From Catajapyx aquilonaris (lineage: Eukaryota), in NCBI GenBank assembly GCA_000934665.2, contig KZ538543.1, positions 1-63,193 on the forward strand: a stretch of 63,193 nt of DNA. The letters are read 5' to 3'. Below, piece by piece: positions 38,202-49,890 of the stretch. The notes beneath the pieces were generated by a model. The model was not told where the DNA came from. It saw only the letters and a list, made by a program, of their open reading frames with translations, and did not search any database. Each line of letters opens with the position of its first letter. Positions within the stretch are counted from its first letter, which is position 1. The position numbers were made by a program, and so were the translations under genes.

Positions 38202-38628
38202 AAATAAACATAACCTATCCCATTCTGACATAGACCACTTTGTTCCAGAGCTCCTCACCTGCTCAGTTTTGGGTCTCTTTCACTACTCCTCAATAAATAA
38301 ACAGCAGTGTATCCTTGTCTTATCCCCTATAAAAATTGATAAAATATTGCTTTTTTGTGTGATTGGAAAGAAGCCAAAGCAACTCTGGCTGTTTGGTTAT
38401 TATCAATTACAATATCTTAGATGGAGATAGAAACGAAGAGGAAAAAGAAGATAATTATGAAAGACTGGTATCCCTCTCTCTGTCTCCTACTCCAAAAAAA
38501 GTCATTTCCATCTTGGCTGACCCTCCCAATAGACGAAGCTGCCACCGATATAGCTCTCGGGATCATTGAAGATACACAAGTCTCACCCCACCAGCAAGGT
38601 GGAGATACCATGAGACAGTGTCAATGTT

Positions 38629-38920
38629 GGGGGGGTGGAGTACCACCATATTTCCATACTTTCTATTTTTTTCAATTTTTCTTCTAACTCCGGTGCAGGG
38701 AATGAAGGTCATAGGGTAATGATATAGATTTTTTGGGGGAGGGAACATGGGTGCCAGTGCAATGTCTGAAAAGGGGTCATGTGCTGTTCCCCAGGAAGTT
38801 AGGTTGCCAGACACCTCAAGGTGCAGGTCAGAGACCCTCCTGACGCAGGCGAAAGGGAACTCCCAGGCGAAGATCGAACCTGGGACCTTTCACTCAGCAA
38901 GCCGAGACGTTACCATCTCG
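38629..38920 (-). mobile_element. tRNA-derived SINE, family A, copy 2 (diverged, ends clipped)
   Basis: GTTAGGTTGCCAGACACCTC...GATCGAACCTGGGACCTTTCACTCAGCAAGCCGAGACGTTACCATCTCGG is shared with copy 1. Confidence 0.85.
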
Positions 38921-39509
38921 GCGGGCTGAGTCCTTTTAACGAGACACATGCTCTGAAGAGTAACAGTATAGAAATTAATGGTAGCTCTACAAAGCAAACA
39001 ATAATATATTAGAGCCAAACGAACAGAATCACAGTAGGGAATCCAATCACAGTATCGATTCTTTTCACATTTTAGTAAAAAATTAAGAGATGAGGTTATA
39101 AGAGACATCATTTGTTGGCCGGGCTGAAAAATATATATGATGGAGCATAGGTAAAAACGGAGGACTGCACTGGCATTCATGTTTCCATCGTGGTCACACA
39201 TGAGTTGATATAACTACCGCATTTCTAAGAAAAGAGCAGAACACCTTGAGGTGCCCTGACACCCATGTGTCGTACAATGCTTCATATCGCATAAAATATC
39301 GAGTGGGTTGTCACCCTCCTTGTAAGGAGACGTAAAGAATGACACTCCCCTTGTGTGCGGTTCAATGAATGTACATATATTGATAGCTCCTATCAAATCA
39401 ATTTTGTTACCTTGGCCCAACAAGTAAGCAGCTGCATGGCATATCCAACAGTAGCAATGCAGAATTATGACCGCCTTTCCAGTGCAAAGAATTATTTTTA
39501 CCAATAGCA

Positions 39510-39678
39510 ATGGCATTATTATCACATGGCATATTACTTCTCGGCATATTGCTAGTAGTGAGCGCTGTGAAACATGTGGACCTCAAAGACTACGTGGAAA
39601 ATATTCGACGCTTTCTTCTAGAGTACTGCAAGTTTTACAACATTACTGATTTGCAAATCATTTGGCTCAATCCTACTG
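39510..39678 (+). CDS. IR exon 1 (signal peptide)
   Basis: ATG plus hydrophobic leader; CTG|gtaagt donor. Confidence 0.8.
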
Positions 39679-40414
39679 GTAAGTGCAGCATACTTTAGGG
39701 TTTAGGGCTACTTATGATTATATGCTCACAATTTCTTATTAATAGTGGATATTTTTATCGCATGCATGCTAATAGAGAACAATTCTCAAGTATTCAACGA
39801 ACTATACCTGCTGCAAGAATTGAGTGGTGGTCATTCTTTGCGAGTACAGATATTGTACTGTATGTTTGCCAGCCACTTAAACAACGTGTTCAATCCCTAC
39901 GGACTCACTTTTATCTACGTCGATGATAACACAGTCATAGAAGAGAATTTCTGGAAACGGGTAATATAGGCAAGCTAATATTTAAGTGCATAACATTATT
40001 ACCTTAAACTTCTTTTCTTGAAGGGTAATTCCATGGAAGCTTTTAGGGAGGGATGTATGTGGCTGCTACTTGCCCAGCAGTCGTCAGAGAAGAAATTAGA
40101 AGATGTTTTGACACACATGAACATATTTACAGATAATTATGTCACATTGGGCATGGAGCAAAACGACGGCAATATTCAAGTAATTACGGTACCGTATCTG
40201 GGTACATTTCTATAAGATCATTAGAGCATTACCTACAATTTATAAATATAGATACTGTACTCTAGACTCTAGAGTGTAGAGCAATATAATTAATATTTCA
40301 CCAAAGTTTTCTCCAAGGAAAAGGAACTATGTTTTGTTCCAAGTGTAATATTATAACCATGACATTTTATCAGACAGTTTAGAATAATTATCTAAAAATT
40401 ATCCCCCCCCCCTC

Positions 40415-40452
<38 letters not shown>

Positions 40453-43400
40453 GTCGTCAGGCGCGCATAATGGTGTCAGTCTGGTAAATAAACTCTGAGC
40501 TATCATTTGTCATTATTCGCTGACCTATCAGCCACACTGTCGCCCCATTTGTCATTATGAGAACTTGACGAGTAACGTAATGTATACCGGTCCCCAACAT
40601 TAAATAGATGGGTACCTACTTTTAATTTTTGTACCAATAAGTTGAGCAATAATTATTACTGCCATTTTATTACTTGTGTAATGGTGATTCAGGTGAAAGT
40701 TGCTGATATTGAGCTAGCTTAATCATGCCTGTTAATTAATAATTAGGCAGTACTTTAACCATTCTAATGTCTGTCACGCACAGTTATGTCTGTCAAATGG
40801 AATGCAGTTCAGTGACATATTCAGGAAGGGAAAGATTGCTCAGGGAAGGCACTATAATAATATTATTATACTTCTGGCCTAACAAATATGAGTTTCTGAT
40901 AGTGTCGCACTGTAAGATTGAATATAAGCATATGTCCGGTCCACACTATCCCCCGTCAATAAGCAGCGCTCCCTCCCGTAAGAATAAATGGGCAAGTCCC
41001 ATGCAAAGAGCTTAATACTAGCTCTTTGGTCCCATGCTTATATTCAGTGATGCCAAAACATCTTATAAGGACTCAGAAACAGTATTTTAAGCATTTTCCA
41101 TTTCATTTTGGAACAGCTCGAATTAATCACCTCGGGTGCTTCCTTTGCTTGGCTCTGGGGGTAAAAGGTACTGTACTTGTAGTTCTGACATATTATCGCT
41201 AGAAAATAAGTCTGCGAATATGTATTTGCCTGGGCGAAGGCGGCAGGAATCGGAACGCTGAGAACTTCTGACCTCTTGCTTGGCTGACAAAAGGCATAAA
41301 TACTTGAACACCCTATTATAATTTTACTGTTATTGATCATCGCAAGGTGTTACACATTGGTACTTTCAAAGGTAATTTATGCTTGCAGCTGTTTGATGCG
41401 TATAAAATCACTAGGAGATCTCAAGTGATCAAGAATAAAACAGGAATGTGGAGAAAACGAGAACAGTCCTTACATATGGACCCTTTGCCATCAATTTGGG
41501 AGAGACGACGTGACTTCAATGGACACGTTATCAATTTTGTCATCCCAGTAAGGTCTATAACAATATTACTGATCAATCTTTTGCAAATCATACTATCTGC
41601 TTACTACCTTTGCTACAAACGGATTGAGGTTACCTTCCTGTATAGCTGTAGTACTTTAGTACTAAAGAGACCAAATGAATATTATTGATCATATACAAGT
41701 ATACCTTATGTAAGCTCTTCAGTGAACGTTAGAATTTGGTTACTCCTGTTTCAGAGTAGCGATGCCAATCCACAAGCAAGCGACCCAGCATCAACATTTA
41801 TTTACCCATTTAACTACGAAATAATCCGACACTTGGCAGAGCTAATGAACTTTACGTAAGTGATCTGTACTTTCATTAAGATAGTGAAAGACTACCACCC
41901 TGTTGTGCCTACTTGCAGATGCAACATAACGGTTGCGAACGACGGAGGTTCACGAGAAAAAGTTTTATATGTCATGGAGCGCAACAAAATAGAAGACGTG
42001 GTAGTTCCCAGCGTAGTCTCAATGACATCGAAAAGGACAAAATACATGGATTTTACAATTCCAGTAGACACTGACAAGTTGGTTTTCTTGCACTTCATAC
42101 TTTTAAATTGAGGATTGGTAAAACTCTAACAACCGTCGAATGCATCGTGTTAAAGTTTTCCACATCAATTATGTTCCGTACTGATTAGTACACAGGGTGC
42201 TTCATGATGATTCCGACAAATGTATAGAGTGAGTTATTGGGCATCACACCACTGTTCATTTTGTCGTATCAGCCTCGTTTCTTCAGGCAGTTTATGGATG
42301 GGTGGAGTGTGAGTCGTACAGTACAGCAGCTGCGTGTAAAGATGACTATCCATGAAGATATACACCCATGATGCGCAGAGAACTGTTTTTCGATTTTGTT
42401 ATCGAAATTGATTGTACGTATCGATACAAGTAGCCTACTGGTACTTGGTATAATGCACGGAAAACGTGGATCTGCCATGATTGTGTCTTGCAGTCACGTG
42501 TCTGGGAGCTGTATAAAATTCTAGGACGGTGAAAGTAGTTGAACAGGACAGATGAATTTAAGCTACGTCATCTGGAATTTTGACATCACTCGTACACACA
42601 TGGCTGCTATTTATTAATATCAGTACATGATAGATCCACATTGTTAATGCATTTCTACGAGAATTTTGATGGGTTTCGTCCATTTTGTGCACAAAATCGA
42701 GTCACTTAATATCCTTGTGATCCTCCTCGGCATAGTCCACGGGTATATAAATAAAGTGCGGAAAACCTAACGACGATCTGACGTCATCGTTTCTTACATT
42801 GTTGCTTTTTGTTGCTACTATTTACTCATATTGTTCTGTGAGGGCATTTCCATGGAAACCTTGATGACGTCAGACCGCCGCGCCGGGCCGTTTCGTACCG
42901 CATTGTAGTCTGTCAGAGAACAAACGTCTCCAGACAGCCAACTTCACAACTTCACAACGACACACCTCGCCTGCGCGCCTGCGCGCCAAAAGGATGGAGG
43001 GGAAAAAAAGAAGCCTCACTGGGACGCGAACCTGCAGCCTTCTGATCTATAGTCGAGCGCGCTGACCAATACGCTACAGCAGCCATCGCTGGGATGGCTC
43101 CTTCCGATGGGGCAGAGGTCAGGCCGCCGTTAAATGACTCATTACGTGGAGGGGGCGAGCGTGTTGATATTTTCAGTGCTGGAATATTAATTTTCACTGC
43201 TTGATGTGGGCAGGGGGTAGGGGTACGATGTACTAGCCCAACCTAACCTAACCTTCACTCGTTGCGGGTACAACCCTATCTTCAGCGTATACAGCCTTAT
43301 CTTCACGTATACTGCCCTATCTTGAGCGTGTACAGCTTCCCGATCCTCCCGCACGATGGCGCGCAGGCGAGGTGTCGTTGTGTCGTTGTGAAGTTGGCTG

Positions 43401-46400
43401 TCTGGAGACGTTTTTGTCAGAGAGGGCGTCTCCATCTTGAAACAGCTGCTGTGCGACTGACATTCTTCCTATTGACAAACTGCTTAAAGTTATGTAAGTT
43501 ATATATACCATATGGCCCACATACAGTATGTTCATGTCAAAGTGTCCAAAAAGATATCGTGTCTGTTGCCACCTGTGTCTAGGGGCAGGAAAATGTGTTT
43601 TGTCCCTCGACATTTCTCACTCCGACATTTTAAAATTTTATTCGGTCAACAATTGCTCTAGCGGCAGGACCTTACACTAGTAATAAACACCCAGAGTTAA
43701 GTAGTACGTCTACTGAATCTATAATTCAGGTTTACAGTTGCACATATGAACGTTTTTGACGAATCGTAATCGCATATGTATAGGCCCTATGCGTATTATT
43801 ATCGATAATAAACAGTATGGATGGAATTTTCGTCTCACTGATAGTTACTGCTAACTTAGCAGTACCAGCTGGTACTGCTAAGTTAGCAGTAACTATCAGT
43901 GAGACTAAAAATCTACCCTATGTATTTTTTAAATATTGTACTAATAACGTATTTTTTTGTCCCAGCGTTTTTTTCTACGTTAGGATGACCTCCACTTCAT
44001 CGAAACGTTCATGGAACTCGTTCATAAGAGTGTTTAAATGGGACACGTGGGTCACTGTTATTGTAATGGTCCCAATCCTCGCCTTCACTTTGCACTTTAC
44101 TACTGCAGTATACAACATGACCACCGGTAGTAATGAAAGAAGAAATTTCTTAGATGAACTGTGGACTTTTTTCGCTGCTCTATGTCAAAAAGGTATGTCA
44201 TTGGGAGATCACATTTTTCTAAGACTAAAAGGGTGAAAAGCTTTTTTTTATGATGGAAACAGTTTCTGTGAACTTGGCCCTTTTAATGCAAAGGTGTTTG
44301 GATGGGTGTTACGTCCTTCCGCTTCTAAAATTAGCAGAATCTGTAAGCAACAAGTAACCATGTAGCCCAAATGTAGCCTATACAGACTACAGTAACCTAC
44401 ACAGTATTATAAAACGTATCTGAGAATATTATTCTCAGTTGTAGCAAGTGCATTTTTCTGCTGCTGGGAGGAACTTAGCAGAAGTACAAAAAAACCTATT
44501 TCCGCAGACTCACTTGACAGGGCAATTAATGCAAATAGCTAGTTACGCTTATTCCTTAAGTGTTTATACTTACCATTAGCACAAATAGTTCTTAATTCTT
44601 ATTAAAATACTGTGACAATATTAATTTGAATTTCAGGTTCTGCGGTAAAACCAGTGAGAAACTCAGGTCGACTAATATTCTGGTCCGGAAGTTTTTTATT
44701 CCTTATTACATATGTATATTATGGATCTGTACTTATATCATTTCTGGCAGTTATCGAGAAAGTGGCGCCTTTAAAAGACGCAGATCTCGCCATTAATTCT
44801 CCACAATGGACTATCAAGATATTCGACTGGATGGAAGGCGTTCTGCTAAACGTATGCACAGAAGCCTAGCATAATTTCAGTGCCAATCCTGTACTACCTA
44901 AATACTTCACTGCTTAATTATTTGATTCTTCATTTTCAGGAAACTACACCCAACACAATGTTTGACCGGGTGAAGCGAAAAGCAGAATTCATTGCATATA
45001 ACGAGGACTCCGAATTAGATGATGCCGTAGGAAAAACAGGAGTTCTCCTGATAGCAAACGAAGTCAGGATTAACGAATATTTTAGAAACCATCCAGGACT
45101 TGCGTGCAACGTAACAGCATTACAAGAACTATTTTACAGGGACTATGTAGCATATCCATTGTCGAAAAATTCACCATACACCAGGATTTTTAATTACTAG
45201 TAAGTTTGAGAATATGGACCTACCCATCTTTGAGTATCAATCCCATATTCCATTCTCTTTGCTCTTGTTTCCTTCAAAATTTAGTAATTGACTAGCGCTC
45301 ACTTGCGGATATTGGTGCTAATTATACGGTATATTATTAAAATTATTGAGCACACTTAGGTTTTAAATGCCCAACTAGTAAATAGAGTTGTGCATTGCAC
45401 TATAGACACAAGTTTAAGAGGGAGGGATGGAAAGATGATATTGATTGTGTTTCATCCCGAAACTAGTTTAATAAAAGCAACAATTACAAAAAAATAAATG
45501 TGGCCCTGATTGCCGCCCCTAATTGGTAGCTGTGGGATTGTTCTTCAATAACCCAACGTGGTTATCAGGTTGTTGGATTACCTCCCTTTTGGGAAAGACG
45601 AAAGAGTAAGCCTTACTGGCATGCGTGAGGCGGCAGGGTGCGTGGTGGCTGGGGGCAGCTTGGCTGTGTCGCAAAGGGAAGGATGCAAGGATTGATTTTT
45701 GGATCTTGGAAGGGGTATGCTGTACCAACCTAACCTAACCAGGCCTAACCTTCCTTCCTTGCGGATACAGACCTATCTTCAGCGGATACACGCCTATCCT
45801 TTATCCTTGCCTTTGGGACACAGCCCGCTGCCCCCACCGATTACTACCCTCCCGCCTCCCGCACGACAGTAAGGCCAACTCTATCCCCCTTTTGAACCGT
45901 AAGGACTAGGGCAGTGCACCACCCTGTATAGTGTATACTTGTATAATATGGGCATAATTATATTGTACACAGCCTACACGAAGACAATATAAGCTATTTG
46001 TCAATTGGAATTTCTGAGAGTCGAATCATACCGTCGACATAAAAGTGAAACACATTAGTAAGTAGTCTACCTGTAAGTTACAAGAAACCAGCACTTGTTT
46101 ACACGCTATAGTGAATACAGAAAATCCTGGCTTCCTGTGTCATTATGAATATTTACCACTAAATGGACTTCACCGGACAAAGCATTAGAATGCTGATTAA
46201 TGGTATAAATAACTAAAACCGCCAAAGTTGGAGTTAGTGTATTTCACTACTTGCCGGCGACATGAATAATTATTATTCTTATGCATGCTGGGAAGACATG
46301 GAGAGTCTAAATGGCAGCTCTTTTCATTTTTTCCTGTAGGCTGCTCTTATAAAACTGTAACGATAGGCTACTTGCCTAGTAGACTATGTTAACATTTATC

Positions 46401-46788
46401 ATCTTCAGGGTGAATAATAAATTATGTTGACAGGCGTATTTTTTCAAGGATTAGGCGATACTATTAGAGTATTGGTAATGGGTGTATAGTGCACGTATAG
46501 TGCATAAGTGTTTATATTACAGTTTCCTTACTAATAAACAATTCTTACAGCATTATAAAAATTCAGATATTTGGAACACTAGATATTTTGAGGAGACGGC
46601 TAAAGAAATATCCAAGATATTCCTGCGAGGCTGCTGCATTTAAATACGTTGATGCTTACACAGTGATAGCACTAATAGTAATGTTGATTTGCGGCATGGG
46701 GATCGCCGTTATTTTTCTTACTCTGGAAAAGGTATGGTTAAAGTATGTATGTAAAAGGATAAAAGTACACATTAAGCATTATGTCTAA
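39510..46788 (+). CDS. Ionotropic receptor (IR, variant iGluR chemoreceptor; possibly IR75-like), complete, 632 aa; join(39510-39678,39746-39960,40024-40179,41389-41547,41755-41855,41919-42077,43966-44192,44637-44851,44940-45199,46551-46788)
   Basis: Ten exons join in frame to 1899 nt with GT-AG introns. Signal peptide MALLSHGILLLGILLVVSA; IR motifs DAYKI..TGMW..ERRRDFNG, MNFT, MTSKRTKYMDFTIP (S1), M1, pore LWTFFAALCQKG, M2 SGRLIFW...YVYYGSVLISFL, S2 YPLSKNSPYTRIFNY, M3 ICGMGIAVIFLTLEK. Confidence 0.9.
39746..39960 (+). CDS. IR exon 2
   Basis: aatag|TG...CGG|gtaata; phase 1 to 0. Confidence 0.75.
40024..40179 (+). CDS. IR exon 3
   Basis: ttgaag|GGT...CAA|gtaatt; WLLL motif typical of IR N-terminal regions. 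Confidence 0.8.
41389..41547 (+). CDS. IR exon 4
   Basis: ttgcag|CTG...CCA|gtaagg; LFDAYKI...GMW...RRRDFNG. Confidence 0.88.
41755..41855 (+). CDS. IR exon 5 (S1 start)
   Basis: tttcag|AGT...TTTAC|gtaagt; YEIIRHLAELMNFT. Confidence 0.85.
41919..42077 (+). CDS. IR exon 6 (S1)
   Basis: ttgcag|A...AA|gttggt; SMTSKRTKYMDFTIP. Confidence 0.88.
42920..43414. mobile_element. Mutator-like (9-bp TSD) non-autonomous element with internal CCTAA units, in IR intron 6
   Basis: TIR AAACGTCTCCAGACAGCCAACTTCACAAC / GTTGTGAAGTTGGCTGTCTGGAGACGTTT; TSD TGTCAGAGA (42911-42919, 43415-43423). Confidence 0.8.
43832..43905. repeat. 74-bp perfect spacerless palindrome
   Basis: GTCTCACTGATAGTTACTGCTAACTTAGCAGTACCAG|CTGGTACTGCTAAGTTAGCAGTAACTATCAGTGAGAC. 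A related diverged sequence lies at ~50398-50476. Confidence 0.92.
43966..44192 (+). CDS. IR exon 7 (M1 and pore loop)
   Basis: cccag|C...AAG|gtatgt; F.WDTW, hydrophobic M1, LWTFFAALCQKG. Confidence 0.92.
44637..44851 (+). CDS. IR exon 8 (M2 and S2 start)
   Basis: tttcag|GT...AAC|gtatgc; SGRLIFW...YYGSVLISFL. Confidence 0.92.
44940..45199 (+). CDS. IR exon 9 (S2)
   Basis: tttcag|GAA...TA|gtaagt; C...YPLSKNSPYTRIFNY. Confidence 0.92.
45603..45882. mobile_element. Inverted-repeat element with internal CCTAA units, in IR intron 9
   Basis: AGAGTAAGCCTTACTGGCATGCGTGAGGCGG / CCGCCTCCCGCACGACAGTAAGGCCAACTCT. The interior CCTAACCTTC...TTGCGG.TACA..CCTATCTTCAGCG.ATACA is shared with 43240-43300. 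Confidence 0.7.
46551..46788 (+). CDS. IR exon 10 (S2 end, M3, stop)
   Basis: ttacag|C; IIKIQIFGTLD...SC...M3 helix...LEK, then TAA. Confidence 0.9.
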
Positions 46789-48425
46789 TTTCACTTCTTA
46801 TCTTAAGCAACAAAATCGAACACTTTTATGATTCAATGTTATGCACAATATATTTTCTTTACTGTATAGAAGATTACGGTCAACATAAAATATTGTCAGT
46901 GTGTACATAATATTGATCTCGTCTTTTTTTTAAAAATACTTTCACTATGTTTTTGTGCCTGGTGTATTGAAACTTATTAATTTGTTCAAATGGTAGAGCT
47001 ACCTGAGAAAAGATTGTAACATGTTCGCATCCGCAGTTATGCAATAATTAAATAATACGAACATCTTGATTGCTACCTCTCCTGTGGTCACTTGCGTAAT
47101 AGTGGTTGACAAGTTGTAACTTCTTGGCACATAGACTGTTATTGTCAAGGTGACGTTTAGCTATTTTGCGTGCAAGTGTTGACAAAACGCCAGAAGAAGC
47201 GTCTCACATGTTAAAATACTGTGCTTTGGCAAAAGCTACTGGTATGCTGTGTTGATTCATGCGTATATAGCCTAGGCTACTATAATATTTCTCGTATGAA
47301 AAATTAGAAAAATGAAGGTTTGAAATGGCACTTCCTGAAAAAGAAGCTTTTGTTCGAAACTGATCGGGTGTATGCCATAACTGCCGTGATGGTGGGAGTA
47401 TCTGTAGTAGGATGCGGAATAACTATATATAGTTAAAGAGACAATTTATTGAGTGCATGTAATAGGGTCACATTTAGGAACCAACATTTTTCTACACTGT
47501 CTTATACTCTTATTCTTCTACTGGATTACGTTATGATTTGGAAGTTCAAACCTTCCTCTTAGATAAGATGAGCAAATAACGTTAGTAGGCATAATAATGT
47601 TGTGAGTATGTGATTTTTTACAAGTGGATTTTGCATGAAATGAGTGAGGCCCAGTTGCAAGACTCAGAGTAGACAGTCGTGAGTGGAGGATGTATCTTTA
47701 CTATTTTTTTTTGAATATTGTAGTCGACAATAACAAACAAGGATAACTTAAATCATATCAACAGCCTACCTTCACTGCTGGTACTAACATAGACCTAAAA
47801 TCCTGAATCAAAAAATAGGGGGAGTTGTTATTCAAAAGGCAAGACAGTTTAACACATTTATTTCATAGAGTATGCTTTATTAGTGTTATCATTATGGTGG
47901 CCCAAGGGGTTAATGTAACACGCTGTATATTTTAAGGGCGATAGCCCTTAAGTAAGACCGTAGCATAGATTTCAACAATGTTTCAACAATGAATTTTTCC
48001 TACTTGTTCTTGATGTTGTTACGTTTTTTTTATTCGCCCTAACTCAAGTTCTGCTGCAGGTAGAGCTTCCAAATTTTGAACACAGATCCCCACCGTCGTG
48101 ACTTGATTTCCTACCATTTACACTTTTACTTAATTCCCCTTCAAAACGCCACAAAAAATTTTAAACCACCAAAAAATACGTCTCAATTTTTTTTCTCAAT
48201 AACTATTCGGAATTTGGTTTCTTCGTCAAAGGGCCGAAGGTGCAGTGGGATGGTGCGGATCTATGTTCAAAATCTCACAGTTCCCACTGCTACAGGATTG
48301 GAGCTGTGATTTTTTTACCTCGCATTTTTTTCTGTCATTAATTCATTAGTTCACAATGCCATCCCCTAGAGACGTCAATTCTCGTTTACCAACTAGCCAT
48401 ATTGTTATTAGCGAAATGTTATACC

Positions 48426-48715
48426 CAAAGAGTTCTGCTATTATATAATATAATACCTAGAGGAGGTACTCCCTATCCTTTTCCATTAGACAGGTTGAGG
48501 CAGCCGCCATCTTGTTGGAGGTCATATTGTTGTTCTAACGGTTGTTTAGCAACTGGGACAACAACCAATAATGACAACTGGGGGACAATTAGTTCAATAA
48601 TGTCAGGCGTCCGCCATCTTGTTGGAGGTCATATTGTTGCCTGCATTGTTGCCTGCCTCACATTTCAGGCCGAGTACCTCCTCTAGGTGTATATATAATA
48701 TAGCAGAACTCTTTG
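48426..48715. mobile_element. hAT-like MITE
   Basis: TIR CAAAGAGTTCTGCTA / TAGCAGAACTCTTTG; 8-bp TSD GTTATACC (48418-48425, 48716-48723); internal direct repeat CCGCCATCTTGTTGGAGGTCATATTGTTG. Confidence 0.88.
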
Positions 48716-48773
48716 GTTATACCCTGCCGCTGCGCTGCTATAAGGTGAACGCATTGTACTTATTACAGATTTA

Positions 48774-49538
48774 CAGTTGAATCCGGATATAACAGCCTCG
48801 GCTATAACATACTAGGTTATAAAGGCTGTCCCGGCATGCTTCCATAAGGCCCTGTGTATTTTACTCCTGATATAACAGACTCATTTTCACCTCACCTCGG
48901 GTATAACAGACCATTTCTTGGACCCTCGGTCAGGGGCGGATCCAGACTTTCGATTTGGGNNNNNNNNNNNNNNNNNNNNNNNNNNNNNNNNNNNNNNNNN
49001 NNNNNNNNNNNNNNNNNNNNNNNNNNNNNNNNNNNNNNNNNNNNNNNNNNNNNNNNNNNNNNNNNNNNNNNNNNNNNNNNNNNNNNNNNNNNNNNNNNNN
49101 NNNNNNNNNNNNNNNNNNNNNNNNNNNNNNNNNNNNNNNNNNNNNNNNNNNNNNNNNNNNNNNNNNNNNNNNNNNNNNNNNNNNNNNNNNNNNNNNNNNN
49201 NNNNNNNNNNNNNNNNNGGGGGGTCTCAATTTTATACCTAGAAAACAATATTTTCCCACCGAGGGGGGAAAATATTGTTTTCTAGGTATAAAATTTGCAA
49301 AAAGGAGACGGCAGAAGGAAATTTCGCCTATTTTGGTCCTGCATAATTTTCGGGTGAGCCAATATTGCATTATTTGTGACAGATTTCATTAATCAGTAGG
49401 TTCTAGTAGTGCATAGTACAGCCTTACTGAAAGCAGAAATTTATGTTTACGTTGCGTGACGATTCGGCTATAACAGACCTCGGTTATAACAGACTTTTTC
49501 CGCAGTCTCTTGAAGTTTGTTTTATCCGGATTCAACTG
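48774..49538. mobile_element. pogo/Tigger-like MITE with a nested hAT-like end and an N gap
   Basis: TA|CAGTTGAATCCGGATA ... TATCCGGATTCAACTG|TA; internal repeats of TATAACAGAC. Confidence 0.78.
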
Positions 49539-49559
49539 TACTATTAAGCCAGACTAAAA

Positions 49560-49715
49560 CCCTGTAATTCCCCTTGGGTCATTTCTGGCACACCATTTAG
49601 TGCAATTTGGCACACATACAGAAAATATAAAAATTGCAAAAGTTGCAAAAATTGCACTAAATGGTGTGCCAGATATGACCCAGTGGGCATTACTTAGATT
49701 AGTGGCATTACAGGG
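49560..49715. mobile_element. Short hairpin MITE (piggyBac-like ends)
   Basis: CCCTGTAAT...TGGGTCATTTCTGGCACACCATTTAGTGCAATTT is inverted and ends ATTACAGGG|TTAA. Confidence 0.6.
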
Positions 49716-49890
49716 TTAAATCAGACTAACCGTTCGCTGGTAGCACTCGACTTTCGTTTTTTTTTACGACTATCTCTGTGAAAATAATTTTAGGGACTTC
49801 TAAGCGACGAAAATCGTCTCCAATGCATTCATAGTGCAGACTGTATAGTGTAGAGCATAAGTTATGTGTACTTGTCAAAAATAAACTGAA

